Origin: the human T2T-CHM13v2.0 reference genome, Homo sapiens
Direction: 5' to 3' (one strand)
DNA: 64,000 nucleotides
NCBI RefSeq assembly: GCF_009914755.1
Contig: NC_060927.1
Part shown: one piece after another, positions 40,684 to 54,700 of the stretch
Numbering within the stretch: the first letter of the stretch is position 1
How the letters are laid out: the number at the start of each line of letters is the position of its first letter
Translations under genes and position numbers: made by a program
The notes under the pieces: generated by a model
The model's input: the letters and a program-made list of their open reading frames with translations, nothing else
What the model was told of the DNA's origin: nothing
Database searches by the model: none

Positions 40684-40900
40684 CAGGAACTGACAAGTTT
40701 TTTTCTTTAAAGGTCAAATAGTAAATATAATAAGCTTTGATGGTCATACATCTCTGTTTGGACTACTCAACCCTGCCATTGTAGTACAAACAGCCATAGG
40801 CAACACATAAATAAATAGGTATGGTTGTACTCCAATACAATTTTATTTACAAAGATAGGAAACAGATGAGATTTGGCCCACTGGCTATAGTTTTCCTCTG
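40684..40900 (-). mobile_element. MER58A (hAT-Charlie), near full length
   Basis: aaatagtaaatat...ctactcaaccctgccattgtag...ccaatacaattttatttacaaa...gatttggcccactggctatagttt. Confidence 0.85.
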
Positions 40901-41838
40901 TCCCACCTCCACACCCAATAGCTTTCCCCCTTCTTTGCAAAGGCTTAGAAAAACAGCTGTTTCAGTTTGGTGTACCTTACTATTCATGAATACCTTTTAA
41001 AATGTTAGTTTTTGCTGAGCCATCATTAGGTGTTCAAGCAATTTAGAAACGGATTAAATCAGCTAAAAGTTACTACAATAATTTGGGCAAGAAGTGATAA
41101 CATTTTTGAACAGGATACAACAATGAGGTAGTGGGATATGGTCATGTTGTGAATATGTTTGATTTTAGAAGCAACAAGGTTTGCAGGAGAGGAAGAATGG
41201 TGTTGAAGATGGTGCCAAGGATGCTGGTTCTCCCAACAAATTGTAGCTATGAGTATGATGTTTAATTATATTTATACATCTTACTTTCTTAACCTGGCTT
41301 CTGTAAGCATGCAATAAAAATGTTTTGCCCATCATCAGATCCTCATATCACTGCTTCATGTATAAAATACTCTTCATCTTACTGAGTAATGTATACCAAG
41401 AAAATTGTATTTTAGGCATTTTGTCATTTATTTTTGAGGGTGTACTTCATAAGCAATATCACAATAGCAGCATAATTATTTTCCCAATGTCAGCCCCAGT
41501 TCTGGTTTTCTTTATTTTTCCTTTTGAGCCTTATTGGCTGATAAGAGGTCTTAGAGTAATAACACTAATGAGAATCTTTGTCACAGTGTGAGTTCCCTAG
41601 TGCATGACCTCTTCCTTTGAGCTCATCAATAGTCCACAGCACTAGTACACCCACTTGACAAAGTGACTCATCATCATTTGCATTTTGCTTTGACAGATTG
41701 GTCATTAATATAAAGCCACCCCTGCATGACTTTCTGAAGGACATATGAAGATGTTCATGGGCTGTTAAGCTGTGAATTTCTCAGAGAATTTAAATTATTC
41801 TAAGTTAAACTTCTAGGTCTTGCAGTGTGATCTTTGGT

Positions 41839-42203
41839 TGTCTTAGCACATTTTCTCTCTATAACAGAGTACCACAGACTGGGTAACTTATACAGAAAAG
41901 GTCTGGAGGCTGGGAAGTCCAAGGCTGAGGGGCTGCATCTGGTGAGGGTCTTCTTTCTGCATCATAACATGGCAGAAGGCATCACATAATGAGAAGCACT
42001 TGCACAAGAGAGAAACTGGGCAGAATTCCTTTTTATCAGGAACTTACTTCCTATGGTAACTAATCCATGCCTGTAATAATAGCATTAATCACAGGGGTGA
42101 TAATGGATTACCTTTAATCCCCTCTTAAAGGTTTTACCTTTTATACTATCATATGGCAATGAAATGTCAACATGAGTTTTGGAAGGGACATTCAACCATA
42201 GCA
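41839..42203 (-). mobile_element. MST (MSTC/D-like) MaLR solo LTR
   Basis: TG...CA ends with perfect TSD TTGGT (41834-41838 / 42204-42208). Confidence 0.88.
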
Positions 42204-42371
42204 TTGGTTAACTGCAAAAACAATTGGGAAAACGACCCCTATAAAACAACTCAATTTCAATCTACTTGAGAAAGGACTCAAATAGGTAAGGAATTATTAA
42301 CTGTGGTGCAACTTGCATTTAGGCAGCCTTAAGGTTTTGAGAAATTTTGGAAAATACAAATCAGCAGAAGA

Positions 42372-42780
42372 CATTTATTTATTTATTCAGTAAGTATTTA
42401 TTGAGCCCTATTAAGTTCTAGGACTGTTCTAGATGCTGTGTATATGGAAATAAACTAGATAAACAAGGTACTTGTTCTTATGGAGTTTATTTCCCAGAAT
42501 ATATACTTAGATGAGGATAAGACAGGTAATAAAAATGTAATCTAACAAGTGAGTAATTTGAGATAGTGATGAGTTATGAAGAACATATAATGGAGCATTG
42601 GGATAGAAAGTACACTGAGAATGAGGCTGCTTTACATAAGTTGTTCTTAAGAGATGATGCTTGAGCTGAGCCATGAATAATGACAGTTGCAAGAAAATTT
42701 AGTAGAAGACCATGTCAGACAAAGGAAAGGCAAGTTTAAAGGCCGAACAATGGAAATGAGCTTGGGTTTATATGGGGACA
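42372..42780 (-). mobile_element. L2 3' end
   Basis: atttattcagtaagtatttattgagccc...aggactgttctagatgctg. Confidence 0.75.
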
Positions 42781-42906
42781 TGGCATCCTTTCAACCCGTT
42801 AGATATTTGCTGATTCACAATGACCAGTCAAAAAACTGAAAAGCTAATTGGAGTTTTTAGCCTTCTGAAATAAATATTGAGATTTAAAAAATTGGAGTTC
42901 AAAACT

Positions 42907-43013
42907 AGGATGACTGTCCAGTTTTCATGGGACTGAGGGGTTTCTCAGGATTTGGGGCTTTTAGTACTACAATTGGGAAAGTCTTAGATAAACTGGAAGA
43001 ATTTTGTCAATCT
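42907..43013 (-). mobile_element. MER94-like hAT-Blackjack MITE
   Basis: gggactgaggggtttctcaggatttggggcttttagtactacaattgggaaagtc. Confidence 0.6.
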
Positions 43014-43845
43014 TTCAAGGCCTAGCAAGATGAGTCCTCCTTAATACCCTGAGCTTTCATTTTGGACCCCTCAAAAGCTATATATGGTCTTTGTTGTCAC
43101 GAAGGCTGAAACCTAGTCTTAAATAACATCCATCCCTATTCGGATTGCGGTAGTCTGCTTCTAGCTTAAACTGCAGCCTGGAAGGCTGAAAAGTGAGCAC
43201 ACCTTACAGCAGATTCATGGAGTTGGGGAACATAAAAATTGGAGTCCTGGGATTTCCAAGGAATACTAGCCTTGATAAAAACCCAAGGCTTCTGGCTGGG
43301 ACTCCTGAAAAACCACAATCAGGAAGATGTGCAAACTGAAAAATAGACCAGCTCTCATAAAGACTAAAACCATGCCTCAAGTCACTCCAACTCCTGATTG
43401 GATTGGAGTGATATGCTACTGCCTAACTGCCTTACAGAAACAGAAGTAAATTATTTCTGAAAGAAGATAACATCATTCACATCCTCAAATTATTTCTATA
43501 ATTTTTCAAACACTATTCCAACATTTGATCAAAAATTATAAGGCAAATGTAGAGATAAGCCCATCAAAAAAAATCAAACAACATAAATAAATTCACAGGC
43601 AATCCAGACACTGGAGTTAACAAACTGGGGCTTAAAAATACCTGTGAAAGTTACGTTTTTTAAAAAATCGAGAATTAGATTCAGAATCCTAACAGAGAAC
43701 TAGAAGCTACACGAAAGAATCAAATGGATATTCTAGAACTAAAAAAATACAGTAAGAGAAATTAAAATCCCAATATATTTAACAGTGGATTAGTCACAAC
43801 AATCAAGAGAGCATTAGTGAACTAAAATATAGCTCAGTAGAAAAT

Positions 43846-44294
43846 TGTCATGAACTCTGAGTGTTCTGAGATTTTAGCCTACTTGCAAGCTAAGTTAGGC
43901 TGTCGCAATTTCACAGATGCTGAAAGAAAGCATCAGACTGCTCTGTCAGAGACAAAGATACTACTCAAGGCTTTAGTTCCCCTGTAACCCACTCCCCATC
44001 CCCAGTCCCATGGGAGTGATACAGAGGTGAGTCTAAGTAGAGTCTGTTGACATAATAGATCTGTGTCACTGCTGAGGAGTCTCAGGCTTAGGAAATCCCT
44101 AATCTTATGCGGGACTTCTAGCAAACCTGACCAATCTTTGTCTCAGAGGAGGACATTATCTTTATGATGCTGATGAAACAAAGTTACCCTCCACCCTAGA
44201 ATGAAACACTACTTCTATCTTGGTTTGCTATACAAACATCCTTGAAAAGATCTACAAAATATATAGAAATGTCATGGAGAATTGTCCCTCAATA
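43846..44294 (-). mobile_element. LTR40-like ERVL solo LTR
   Basis: tgtcatgaactctga...tctgagattttagcctacttgcaagctaag...catggagaattgtc; TSD AAAAT. Confidence 0.8.
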
Positions 44295-44654
44295 AAAATA
44301 TATAAACTAAAAAACAGAAAGTAAAAAGACAGTCTCTAGAAATGAAAGAGAAGAAGCAATATTTGAAGAGACAATGGCAGGAAATCTTCTAAAACTGAAG
44401 ACATCAAATTTCAGATTTCAGAAGTATCACACATCTCCTACAGAACTAGAAAAAATACCCTATGTATATAATAAACTATTGAAAACTAAAGACAAAGAGA
44501 ACAACATAAAAGCAGTGTGAAACAAAAGATGTATTACCTACAAAGGAGCAATTTTAGGACTGACAGCTAACTTCTCAACAGAAACAATGGAAACCAAAAG
44601 ACAAAAAAAATAACATTTAAAGTGGTACAGAAAACAACTGCAAACCTAGACTTT

Positions 44655-45448
44655 AAAAAAAAGTTGTGAGAAGATACACATAACATAAAATTTACCATTT
44701 TAACCATTTTAAGAGTAAAGTTAGGCAGTATTAAATATATGTACATTATTGTGCAACCAATCTCTACAACTTGTTTGTGTTGTAAAACAGAAACTCTACC
44801 CCTATTTGTTTTAATTCAGGCTACAATAGCAAGATATCATAGACTGAGTGGCTTAAACCACAAACATGTATTTCTCAGAGTTCTGGAGGTTAAGAAGACC
44901 AAGATTAGAGTGCCAGCAGATTTGGTGTCTGGTGTGAGTCCTCTTGGTTTGCAAATAGCTGCCTTCTTGCTGTATCCTCACATGGTGGTGAGAGAGAGAT
45001 CATCTTTCTTATGTCTCCTCTTATAAAGGGCACACTGGCACTACTCATGAGAGCTCTACCTTTGTGACCTAACTACCTCCCAAAGTTGGTCCCACTTCCA
45101 ACTACCAGCACAATGGGAATTAGGGTGTTAACATGGATTTGGGGTGAACATAACATTCAGTACATATAATTAAACAACCCCTTTTCTTCTTTCTCCTCCC
45201 CCCAGTGACCTGGCAATCACCATTCTACTTTCTGTTTCTATGTATTTGACTGCCTTAGATATCTCATATAAGTGTAGTTATGTACTATTTGTCTTTTTGT
45301 GACTGGTATATTTCATTTAGCACAATGTCCTCAAAATTCATCTATGTTGCAACATGTGTCCATTTTCTTCTGTTTAAAGGTTGAACGATATTCTATTGTA
45401 TACACATAAATAAAAATTTTAAACTATCTATTAATGTATACTTGAATT
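44655..45448 (-). mobile_element. L1MB-like 3' end containing an MLT1A-like LTR (~44807-45168)
   Basis: taacataaaatttaccattttaaccatttt; TSD caaacctaga at 44641 and 45449; MLT1A motifs agactgagtggcttaaac...ttctggagg. Confidence 0.8.
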
Positions 45449-46362
45449 CAAACCTAGAATTTTATACATTGTAAAAATATCCTTCAAAAGGGAATGTTAA
45501 ATAAAGAAATTACCAAACAAGAACTAAGAGAATTTGTCATCAGCTTACCCATACTAAAGAAAATACTAAAAGGAGTTATTCAGTTAGAAGGAAAATAATT
45601 CCAAATGAAAATTCAGGAAAGAATAAAGAGTAATGAAACGGGTAAATAAATATGTAGATAGAGCTAAATAAACAATAACTGCATAAAACAATAATAATGT
45701 ATTGCTTAAAATACAGAGAGAATTAAGGGTTTAAAATATATAATTAAATGTTAACATATAACGCAGGAGAAAGATAAATGGAAATAAAGGTGCTTGCATT
45801 ATCTTGAAATAGTAAACATAAGTACTAATTTATATTAGATTTTAATAAGTTAAGGATTCCTGTTATATATTCTAGGTTAAACAGTAAAAGAATAGTAAAA
45901 TACTATATAATTAACAAGCAAATGTAAGAGCGAAACAAAATTTTTTAAAGAAATCCAGAAAGGAGAGAAAAGGAACACCATAGAACAGATGAAACAAATA
46001 GAAAACAAAACATAAGTGGTAGATTTAAAACCAAATATATCAGTGATTACATTAGATGTAAATGGAACCAATGTGCAAATAAAGACAAAGATTACCAGAT
46101 TGTATACAAAAGCAAAGCCTAAGCTATATGCTGCTTAGAGGAGATGACTTTAAGTATAATGATATAGAAAGTTTAAAAATAAAATTGCAGAAAAATATAT
46201 CCCACAGAAACAACCAAAATTGTATAAAAGCTAATTATACATATTAAAATACATATAATAAAATAATTAAAATACATATTAATATAATAGTTAAAATACA
46301 ATACAAAACAAACATGTAGCTGTATAAATATCTGACAAAGTAGACTTTAAGAAGACAAGAAA

Positions 46363-47077
<715 letters not shown>

Positions 47078-48517
47078 TGTGGTGCTAAAAGTTAGAATAG
47101 GTGATTACCTTTGAAGAGAAAGGGGCTAGTGACTAGAAGCTGGTATGAGGGGGGCCTTCGGGAGTGCTGTTGAGATTCAGTTTCTTAATCTGCGTTGTTA
47201 TACGGTGAGTTCAATTTGTAAAAGTTTGTGCAATAATGTTTCCTGCACTTTTCTGTATATATTTTATCTTCAATTAAAAAGTATATGAAAAAAGGAAGCA
47301 CATCAAAGCATGACACTTACATAGTAGGACAGATGTAAATTGGGGTAAAATTATCAGAAAAACAATTTAAATGGTATAAAAGCTATAACAGTTAAAATAC
47401 AATACATTATTAGTAAAACAAACAAAGGAATCAACAAAAAGACCACTAGGAGGTAGAGATGTTCTTAACAGAGTTCTGAGAGTTAGAAGTGCCACCTCAG
47501 TGTTGACCCCCTGTAATATAATTGAAGGGTGTAGAACCAGAGCAATAGAGTAGAACCTTTATCCTTCTACATTCCCACTACCATCCTGTCCTCCTCGTAT
47601 GCCTAGGAGTCTATTTTCCCCAAGGTATCTGAAACCACAGTGGGGAGAAATTTACAAAGCAAATAGCCACAGAGCTTCAAGGCAGCAAAAGCAGCAGTTT
47701 GGTCAAAGCAAATTTTCTAAGCCATCATTATCTCCATATGTTCATGAACCTGAATTATGCTTGATTTGAGCTTCGAATTGAAAAATGCCTTGAGATTGTT
47801 TAATCAGAATTCTAGGAATGTGGAAAATTTAAAAATCATTAGATCATAATGGGAAAATTTTTGCCTATGAAAATTTTTACCAAATATAAAAGAAAGGAAA
47901 TGACAGACAATATGACTGAATAAAGAGGCAAATTGTAAAAATAAGTCTAAGTGGCTAGAAATTCAAAAAATGTATCTTGTTTTCTAGTTTAAAAATTAAA
48001 AAATGACATTTGTACATACTTAATTGAAGTAACATATAACATTACAAAGAACTTCAAGACTTTGTTTCCTAATATGGGTGCAAGAAGCATCACAAGAGAA
48101 GATGGAATATAAAAATAATCTTTGGCTGAGTAAGAATTTTCTGTCATTTTTGCATTTAAAGCAAAAGAAGGAAGGGACAAGTAAAATGAATACCTATATA
48201 ATTTAATATCAAGGTTCAAATAAGAAAGATACTGATTGATTTTTGATGCTTACAATTTTACAATTTTAACTTTTCATTTTACTATCGAAAACAAACAGCT
48301 TCTGAGCAACTTTTGAAATTACTATATTACCATTTGAGATTGCAAGAGGAATTTTTTTTTTCAGTCTTCAAAAACAAGTCCTCAGTTTAGAGAAGGAAAT
48401 TGAGGGTAGTCCATTCCCTTATGTGTTTTCTTTTGAGACACACCCTGCATTATATTTAGCCTCTCCAAAAAGCTTTGAATGTGAACAACTGTAGGGTGAG
48501 GACTTGTCCCGGAAACT

Positions 48518-49100
48518 CTTTTTTTTTCTTTTTTTTAAATATTTATTATACTTTAAGTTCTAGGGTACATGTGCAAAACATGTAGGTTTGATACATAGGT
48601 ATACGTGTGTCAAGCTGGTTTGCTGCACCCATCAACTTGTCATTTACATTAGGTATTTCTCCTAATGTTATCCCTCCCCCAGCCCCCCACCCCCCAACAG
48701 GCCCCAGTGTCTGACGTTCCCTTCCCTGTGTCCAAGTGTTCTCATCATTCAATTTCCACCTATGAGTGAGAACATGCGGTGTTTCATTTTCTGTCCTTGT
48801 AATATTTTGCTGAGAATGATGGTTTCCAGCTTCATCCATGTCCCTGCAAAGGACATGAACTCATCCTTTTTATGGCTACATAGTATTCCATGGTGTATAT
48901 GTGCCACATTTTCTTAATCCAGCCTATCATTGATGGGCATTTGGGTTGGTTCCAAGTCTTTGCTATTGTGAATAGTGCTGCAATAAACATATGTGTGCAT
49001 GTGTCTTTAGAGTAGCATGATTTATAATCCTGTGGGTATATACCCAGTAATGGGATTGCTGGGTCAAATGGTATTTCTAGTTCTAGATCCTTGAGGAATC
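48518..49100 (-). mobile_element. 5'-truncated L1PA 3' end
   Basis: ttatactttaagttctagggtacatgtgc; ORF2 C-terminus [15 protein letters not shown]...WNQPKCPS. Confidence 0.95.
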
Positions 49101-49344
49101 CTGGCTCTACTTTGCATAGATTATTCCATGATGCCAAGCAAAACACAGTTAGGAGAAATCCTGGTAGTAGAAATTCTTTATAATTCTGAGAGTCTGTAGT
49201 TTATTTTTTTATCTGAAGGGCTAAGGGTTTTAGAATTTGTATTCCATAGAATTCTTACCCTTTGATGCACAAAAGTTTATTATAGTTTCCAAACTTTATT
49301 TGGATAACCCTATTTCAAACAAAATTTAGTAGAACTTTTGCATA

Positions 49345-49512
49345 ATAATAGCTAACAATTATTTCGAGCTTACCATGTGTCAGACTGTTCACAAAGCATT
49401 TGACACTGGCTATCTCATTTCATCTCATACAAATTCTGTGATGTAGGTAATGCTATTATCCCAATTTTACAGATAGGGAAACTGAAGCAGGAGGGTTAAT
49501 TAACTTGCCACA
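49345..49512 (-). mobile_element. MIR
   Basis: Core tattatcccaattttacagatagggaaactgaagc...taacttgcc. Confidence 0.85.
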
Positions 49513-49685
49513 TAATAGAAATGAGTTGGTTTAGTTGCGGCTTGCAAGTTGGGCTGCTCAGTCATAGGAGCTGGTCCTAAGGCCCTTGGTGAGAAAACCA
49601 TGATGAAGAAGGAAGTGCACAGGCCAAGAAGTCACCGTGCCTGATTTGATCAGAGAACCTGTGAGCCAGCTCAGAGAATTTAATC

Positions 49686-49974
49686 TATTTTTTCCCCCCT
49701 AGAGACAGGGTCTCACTCTGTCACCTAGCCTGGAGCACAGTGGCTAGATATAGCTCACTGCAGCCTCGAACTCCTAGGTACAAGCGATCCTCCTGCCTCA
49801 GCCTCCTGAGTAGCTGGGTCTATAAGTGAGTGCCACCATACCTGGCTAGTTTATTTTTTGTAGAGACAGTCTTACTGTGTTGCCCAGGCTAGTCTCAGGC
49901 TCTTGGCCTCACGTGATCTTCCCACCTTGACCTCCTGAAGTGATGGTGACAGGTGTGAGCCACCATGCCAGGCC
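49686..49974 (-). mobile_element. AluJ
   Basis: gacagggtctcactctgtcacc...gctcactgcagcctcgaactcct; TSD ctcagag. Confidence 0.9.
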
Positions 49975-50912
49975 TCTCAGAGTCATTTTTAGGGAAAATG
50001 CAGATGATTACCGTTCTTATCCACTTCCAGAAGTGCCATGGTGGCACCTGATTTGATCTACCTAAAACTACTTTTTTAAGTGCTTGGAGACTAGGTACCC
50101 CACAGGTATCACTTTCACTGGGAGTCATATGTAAACCCACTGACATTTCTATATTCCAAAGCTCAAGTTGCCTCAGTTCTTCCTTTTTAAGAGCAAGCAG
50201 TACTCTGTGACACCCTGTGAGCAACTTTTCATACCACAGTATATCCCATATGTAGGAAATCCTCCAGTTTCATAGTTGGCAATTCTCCATCTACCCTGCC
50301 TGGCTACAAAGGTGTCAAAGGTGTGGCAGTCATAGATCCATTGACGTGTGTGCTTTTTGCTAAAACTTTGTTTGGTGCATTCCCCTAGATCCCACAGTCT
50401 ACCCCATTATAGTGGATATAAGAGGATTACTCCAGGTAAGGGATATTCAGAATGAATGCCCCTGAAATAGGGAGAATCCATGTAGTAGTATAACATTTGT
50501 TGGAAGGGTTGATTATCAAACAACACAAGTGTTTCCACGTGACAGACAGAATTCTGACTGTTGTAGATGTAATAGCAGCTAATAGAATCATCTTGAAGTA
50601 GGTGTAATCATTATCCCCTTGTCATATGAAGCAAATGAAGCATGGAAAATTAAAGAGCTTGCCCAAGTTTTGATTGTAAGTGATGTCTCCAATCTGGGGC
50701 CCAGAATCCATTCCACCCCTTGTTTGTAGGTCTTAAAAACAATGAATTTGAGATTCCTAATAAGCAAGTAACCATTCATGCACTCTACCCATGTTTACTG
50801 AGTGCCCAAGAATGTCATGCACGATGCAAAGAACTAGAGACAATGCTAATTATTAGGGATTCAAATATGAAAGTGATATAGTTTCTGTCCTCAAGGACTT
50901 TATAGTGTAATG

Positions 50913-51003
50913 AAGGGAAACATAAGTAAATGGGTACTATAAAACATAAGGGAAACATAAGTAAATGGGTACTATAAAACATAAGGGAAACATAAGTAAA
51001 TGG
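50913..51003. repeat. Perfect 35-bp tandem repeat, 2.6 copies
   Basis: Unit aagggaaacataagtaaatgggtactataaaacat. Confidence 0.97.
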
Positions 51004-51581
51004 ATGATTGTAAGTATAAGTACTGTCATATAGCTATTAAGTATAACATCCATAGCATATGTTAGATGAACTGAAAGGGACAATGAATCTATACTGGGGT
51101 CAACAGAGAAGGCTGAAGGAATGTACCTAACCTGAGCCTTAGAGGAGAAACAGTAGTTAGCATGGTGGGGAATGGAAGGGCATTCCAGGCAGGGAGGGTA
51201 ATATGAGGAAAGAGGGAGTGTGTAGTTGAATGTGCAGGGAAAGTTTGTGCAGAATGGCTAAATCACTGGATTGGATTATAGAGTAGGGAGCTGAATGGCA
51301 ATAGATGGAACTGGAGAGGTAGACAGAACCAGGTCATAGAGGGCCTCACGCACAAAATAATAGGTGGTTGGACTTCCTCATATAGGTAACGGAGAGCCGT
51401 GTTCAAGACACACACCCAGGGGAAAAGTATTTGGATTAGATTTTGAAGAAGGATATCGGATGGGGTTCAGGGTGGGCAAATGGAGACTAGACCAGTTAGT
51501 TGAGACCACTTCGCTTAGAATGATGAGAGGGCAATCTAATGTAGTACAAGGAAGGAAGGGAGGAGAGGAAACTGTTTAGAA

Positions 51582-51775
51582 CAGGGTTTCTGCACATTTC
51601 GGGCCACATATTTCTTTGTGGTGAAGGACTGTCCTGTGCACTGTAGGGGCACTGTAGGATGTTTAGTAGCATCCTCAGCCTCCATCCACTAGATGCCAAG
51701 AGCAGGTCCTCCTCCAGTTGTGATCACCAAAAATGTCTCCTGCATGGCAAAATTACCCCCATTTGAGATCTACTA
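51582..51775 (+). mobile_element. MER20 (hAT-Charlie)
   Basis: ctgtcctgtgcactgtagg...gtttagtagcatcc...ccactagatgcca...ccaaaaatgtctcc; 8-bp TSD gtttaga(a/c). Confidence 0.88.
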
Positions 51776-54700
51776 GTTTAGACACACTGGTATTAAAATA
51801 GAATCAATTGGATTTGGATGGAGAAGGTGGAAAATCACAGTCAAGGTTAACTTTAGGGTTTCTGTATTGACAAAATAGGTGAGAAATAGGTGAGAGAACA
51901 GGTCTGATCTTTGAACAAATTAAATTTGAGATACTTGTGGGATATCCTAAAAAGAGATCCAAGAGATAGCTGGATAGATGGATCTTTGCTCAGAGAATTC
52001 TCAGCTGGAGATACAAATTTGGGGATTATTTGCATATGGATGGAAAAAAATACCATAGGGGTGAATGAGTTCACTCAGGCAGACTCATGAAGTAAGAAGA
52101 GAACCAGGCAGGAACTCTATGGACAACCAAGAGTTAAGGGTGATAGAGCATTGTTTAAATCACAGTTTAATTCTTGATAATGAAAGGGAAAAGAGAAGTA
52201 GGTATCACTATGTCATTTTTAATCAGCAATGAAGACCTTGGTATCCCATGACTCAAATAGAAGGTAAGATCTCCTAAAAAAATGTGTGGGAGTAATCGGG
52301 GAAATGTTCACAAGATGGTCAGTCTTAAATTAAATGCAGTATTTGTTGAATTTATTTTTCCCTGTGCTTTCAGTACAAAACTAAACAAAACCTTAAAAAG
52401 CCTCATAGTTTCAGTGTGGTGAATGAATACCTAGAAATGCAAGGTTAAATTGAAAAACCCATTATATATTTATTAGCAGTGTTGTTTCACTACCTTGTCA
52501 TCAATGTTCAAAAACAGTACTGCAATGGAAAGCTCAAGGGAAATGCAGGAGCTTTATATAAAGACATATTCTTTAGCCTTTGATAAGGTTCTACAGTGAT
52601 AATTCTGGAAAAAGTAAAATGTCATGAAGCAATGAACAGAAAGAGCTTACAGGATAGAAAGCAAACCAATAACAAGAACTAGTATCATTTTTGGCAGGCA
52701 AGTCAGTGAAGTAGGAAGATAATTTCCTACCAGTGACATGATTTCCACGAAGCTAATTGCCTACAATGCCAATTATAGTGAGAAGCCTTAGACTAGGGCA
52801 ATCGTGACCTGTGAAAAAGGAATTCAATACTGAAAAGACCAGATGCTTTGGGTAAATAAGTGATTACCTGAATATAAGTTAGATACCCTTGTGAGAAATA
52901 TTAACTCTTCAGGCCAACAACGTACCACCAGAGGTCCACTCCCAAATAATGCTCTGTGTCTTCCAAAGGGCCTTACAACCAAACCAGCACACCTATCCAA
53001 AAACGCAGCTTCCACACACCATGGCTCTGTGTGTTGAAAGGAAGACAAACCGAATGAAGTTCATCAAATAAATTCCCCATCTCACTCATTTGTCAGAGGG
53101 AATATCTGCCAGTATTCTCTGCAATACAGGACCCTGTGCTTACCTGATTTCTACAGGGAGCTCTGGACTGCCTTCCTGATTCCAGCCTCTGTCAACCTTC
53201 TCTCTCCCTCCCTTTGCCAACATTAAAAAAGAAGTTAACAAATGGATCTAATTACCACAGTGGTTTGAGGCTTCTCAACGTTTTTTTTCCCTTCCAGCTG
53301 TAAAGATGTCCTCAGACTGAGCTTCACATTCAGAACTGCTGTCAAACTCTCACTTTAATGGGCACTTAAATTTAATGTCAAGCTGATGCCTGTGGAAGAC
53401 CTTGATTAAATTTGCAGAGTAGACCCTAACTGAAACAGAACTTTAGAGTTGTCTCATTTCGCCTTTCAAGCTTAAATCCCAGAAGTTTTCTTCTCTTCTT
53501 TGTAAAGAATTACAGAAGTTTGCTTGCAAAGACCCTGAGTATTAATAAGACAGCAAAGTGTAACAAGCAAAACAACCTGCATGCTTTTAGAGAGAGAAGA
53601 ATTCCCTTAGCTTATTAAAATTGTATGTGAATTAAAGATCTTTCCCATTGCTTTATTCCATTCCCAGCTCATTTGAAATCTATAACTATTCACTTTTATG
53701 ACTCTACAATATTATAAGCAGTCCTAAAAAGTTTACTTAAAACCTTCCTAGTGTTCTTTTATGCACATGGCAATTAAGTTTTTTACTGTATGGACAGAGT
53801 GAAAAACATTATGGAAAAACAACTTGAAAGAAATATGACAGAATTTCTCCTAACAATGTCATTGCTTCAACCAGCTACAGATTTCCAACCTAGTTTCTTT
53901 CTTTTGCGGTTTCTTCTTTTGTCTTTGATACAATCATACAGCCTCTCTTCCTTGAAGAGATAATAAAAGACTAACAGTTAAAAGATCTGGAAGACTCATA
54001 TTCTTTTTCACTGGCTACGGTTTTGAAAAGAGTCTGTTGGCTTTTGATTTTTTCTTTTGGGTTCTTTACATCACCCAATTCAAACAGGTCTGCTCTCAAA
54101 GAAAACAAAATTGTCAAGACCTGTGAAGCATGAAAAATAAATTGCTTTTTCCAACTCCAAAAAGCACCAGAAAAGCATTAATTTTGTTCTTCTTTTATAA
54201 ACCTGTGTCCCCTATCCTCTAATCTATAGATTTCACAGAATGTTTATATATTCTTCTGTATAATACATGACAGGAGATCAAACCTTATTATGAATAAATT
54301 GAATTGAACCTGTAATACAACTAATATTTAAACTAGTGTTATTTTGGAGTTCAACTAGACACATATAAAACATTCAAGTAAGATGACACAAATTCCTGGG
54401 GCTGCCAGTATAAAATAAACAGTCCAGTAAGCTGCATCTACCATGCCGTTAATGACTCTGTCCTTTTAGCTGGTGGGATCACAGGCTTCATAAAAGAAGG
54501 AGAACGTGAAGCAGTAGAAAAAGACAGCCTTGCAAAATGCTGTCAGATACAAAACATTCTATCAGAAAATTTCTCATTGAACTAGAGTGGCGAGAGTACT
54601 TCTAATATCTCCCTTTTAACACAATGAAGACCTACATTTCTATGCTCGGCTTTCTAAAGCTAACTTAATTCTGTGGTTAAAACAGCTCCAGGTAGCACTT

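Larger units (their letters stand above)
50775..52145 (-). mobile_element. L2 segment containing a tandem repeat and a MER20
   Basis: atgtttactgagtgcc...tctgtcctcaaggactttatagt...ggcattccaggcagggag...ggagatacaaatttggggatt. Confidence 0.75.

Noticed and set aside
50913-51003. CRISPR-like repeat (35-bp unit)
   Set aside because: No unique spacers, primate context, no cas genes; it is a simple tandem duplication
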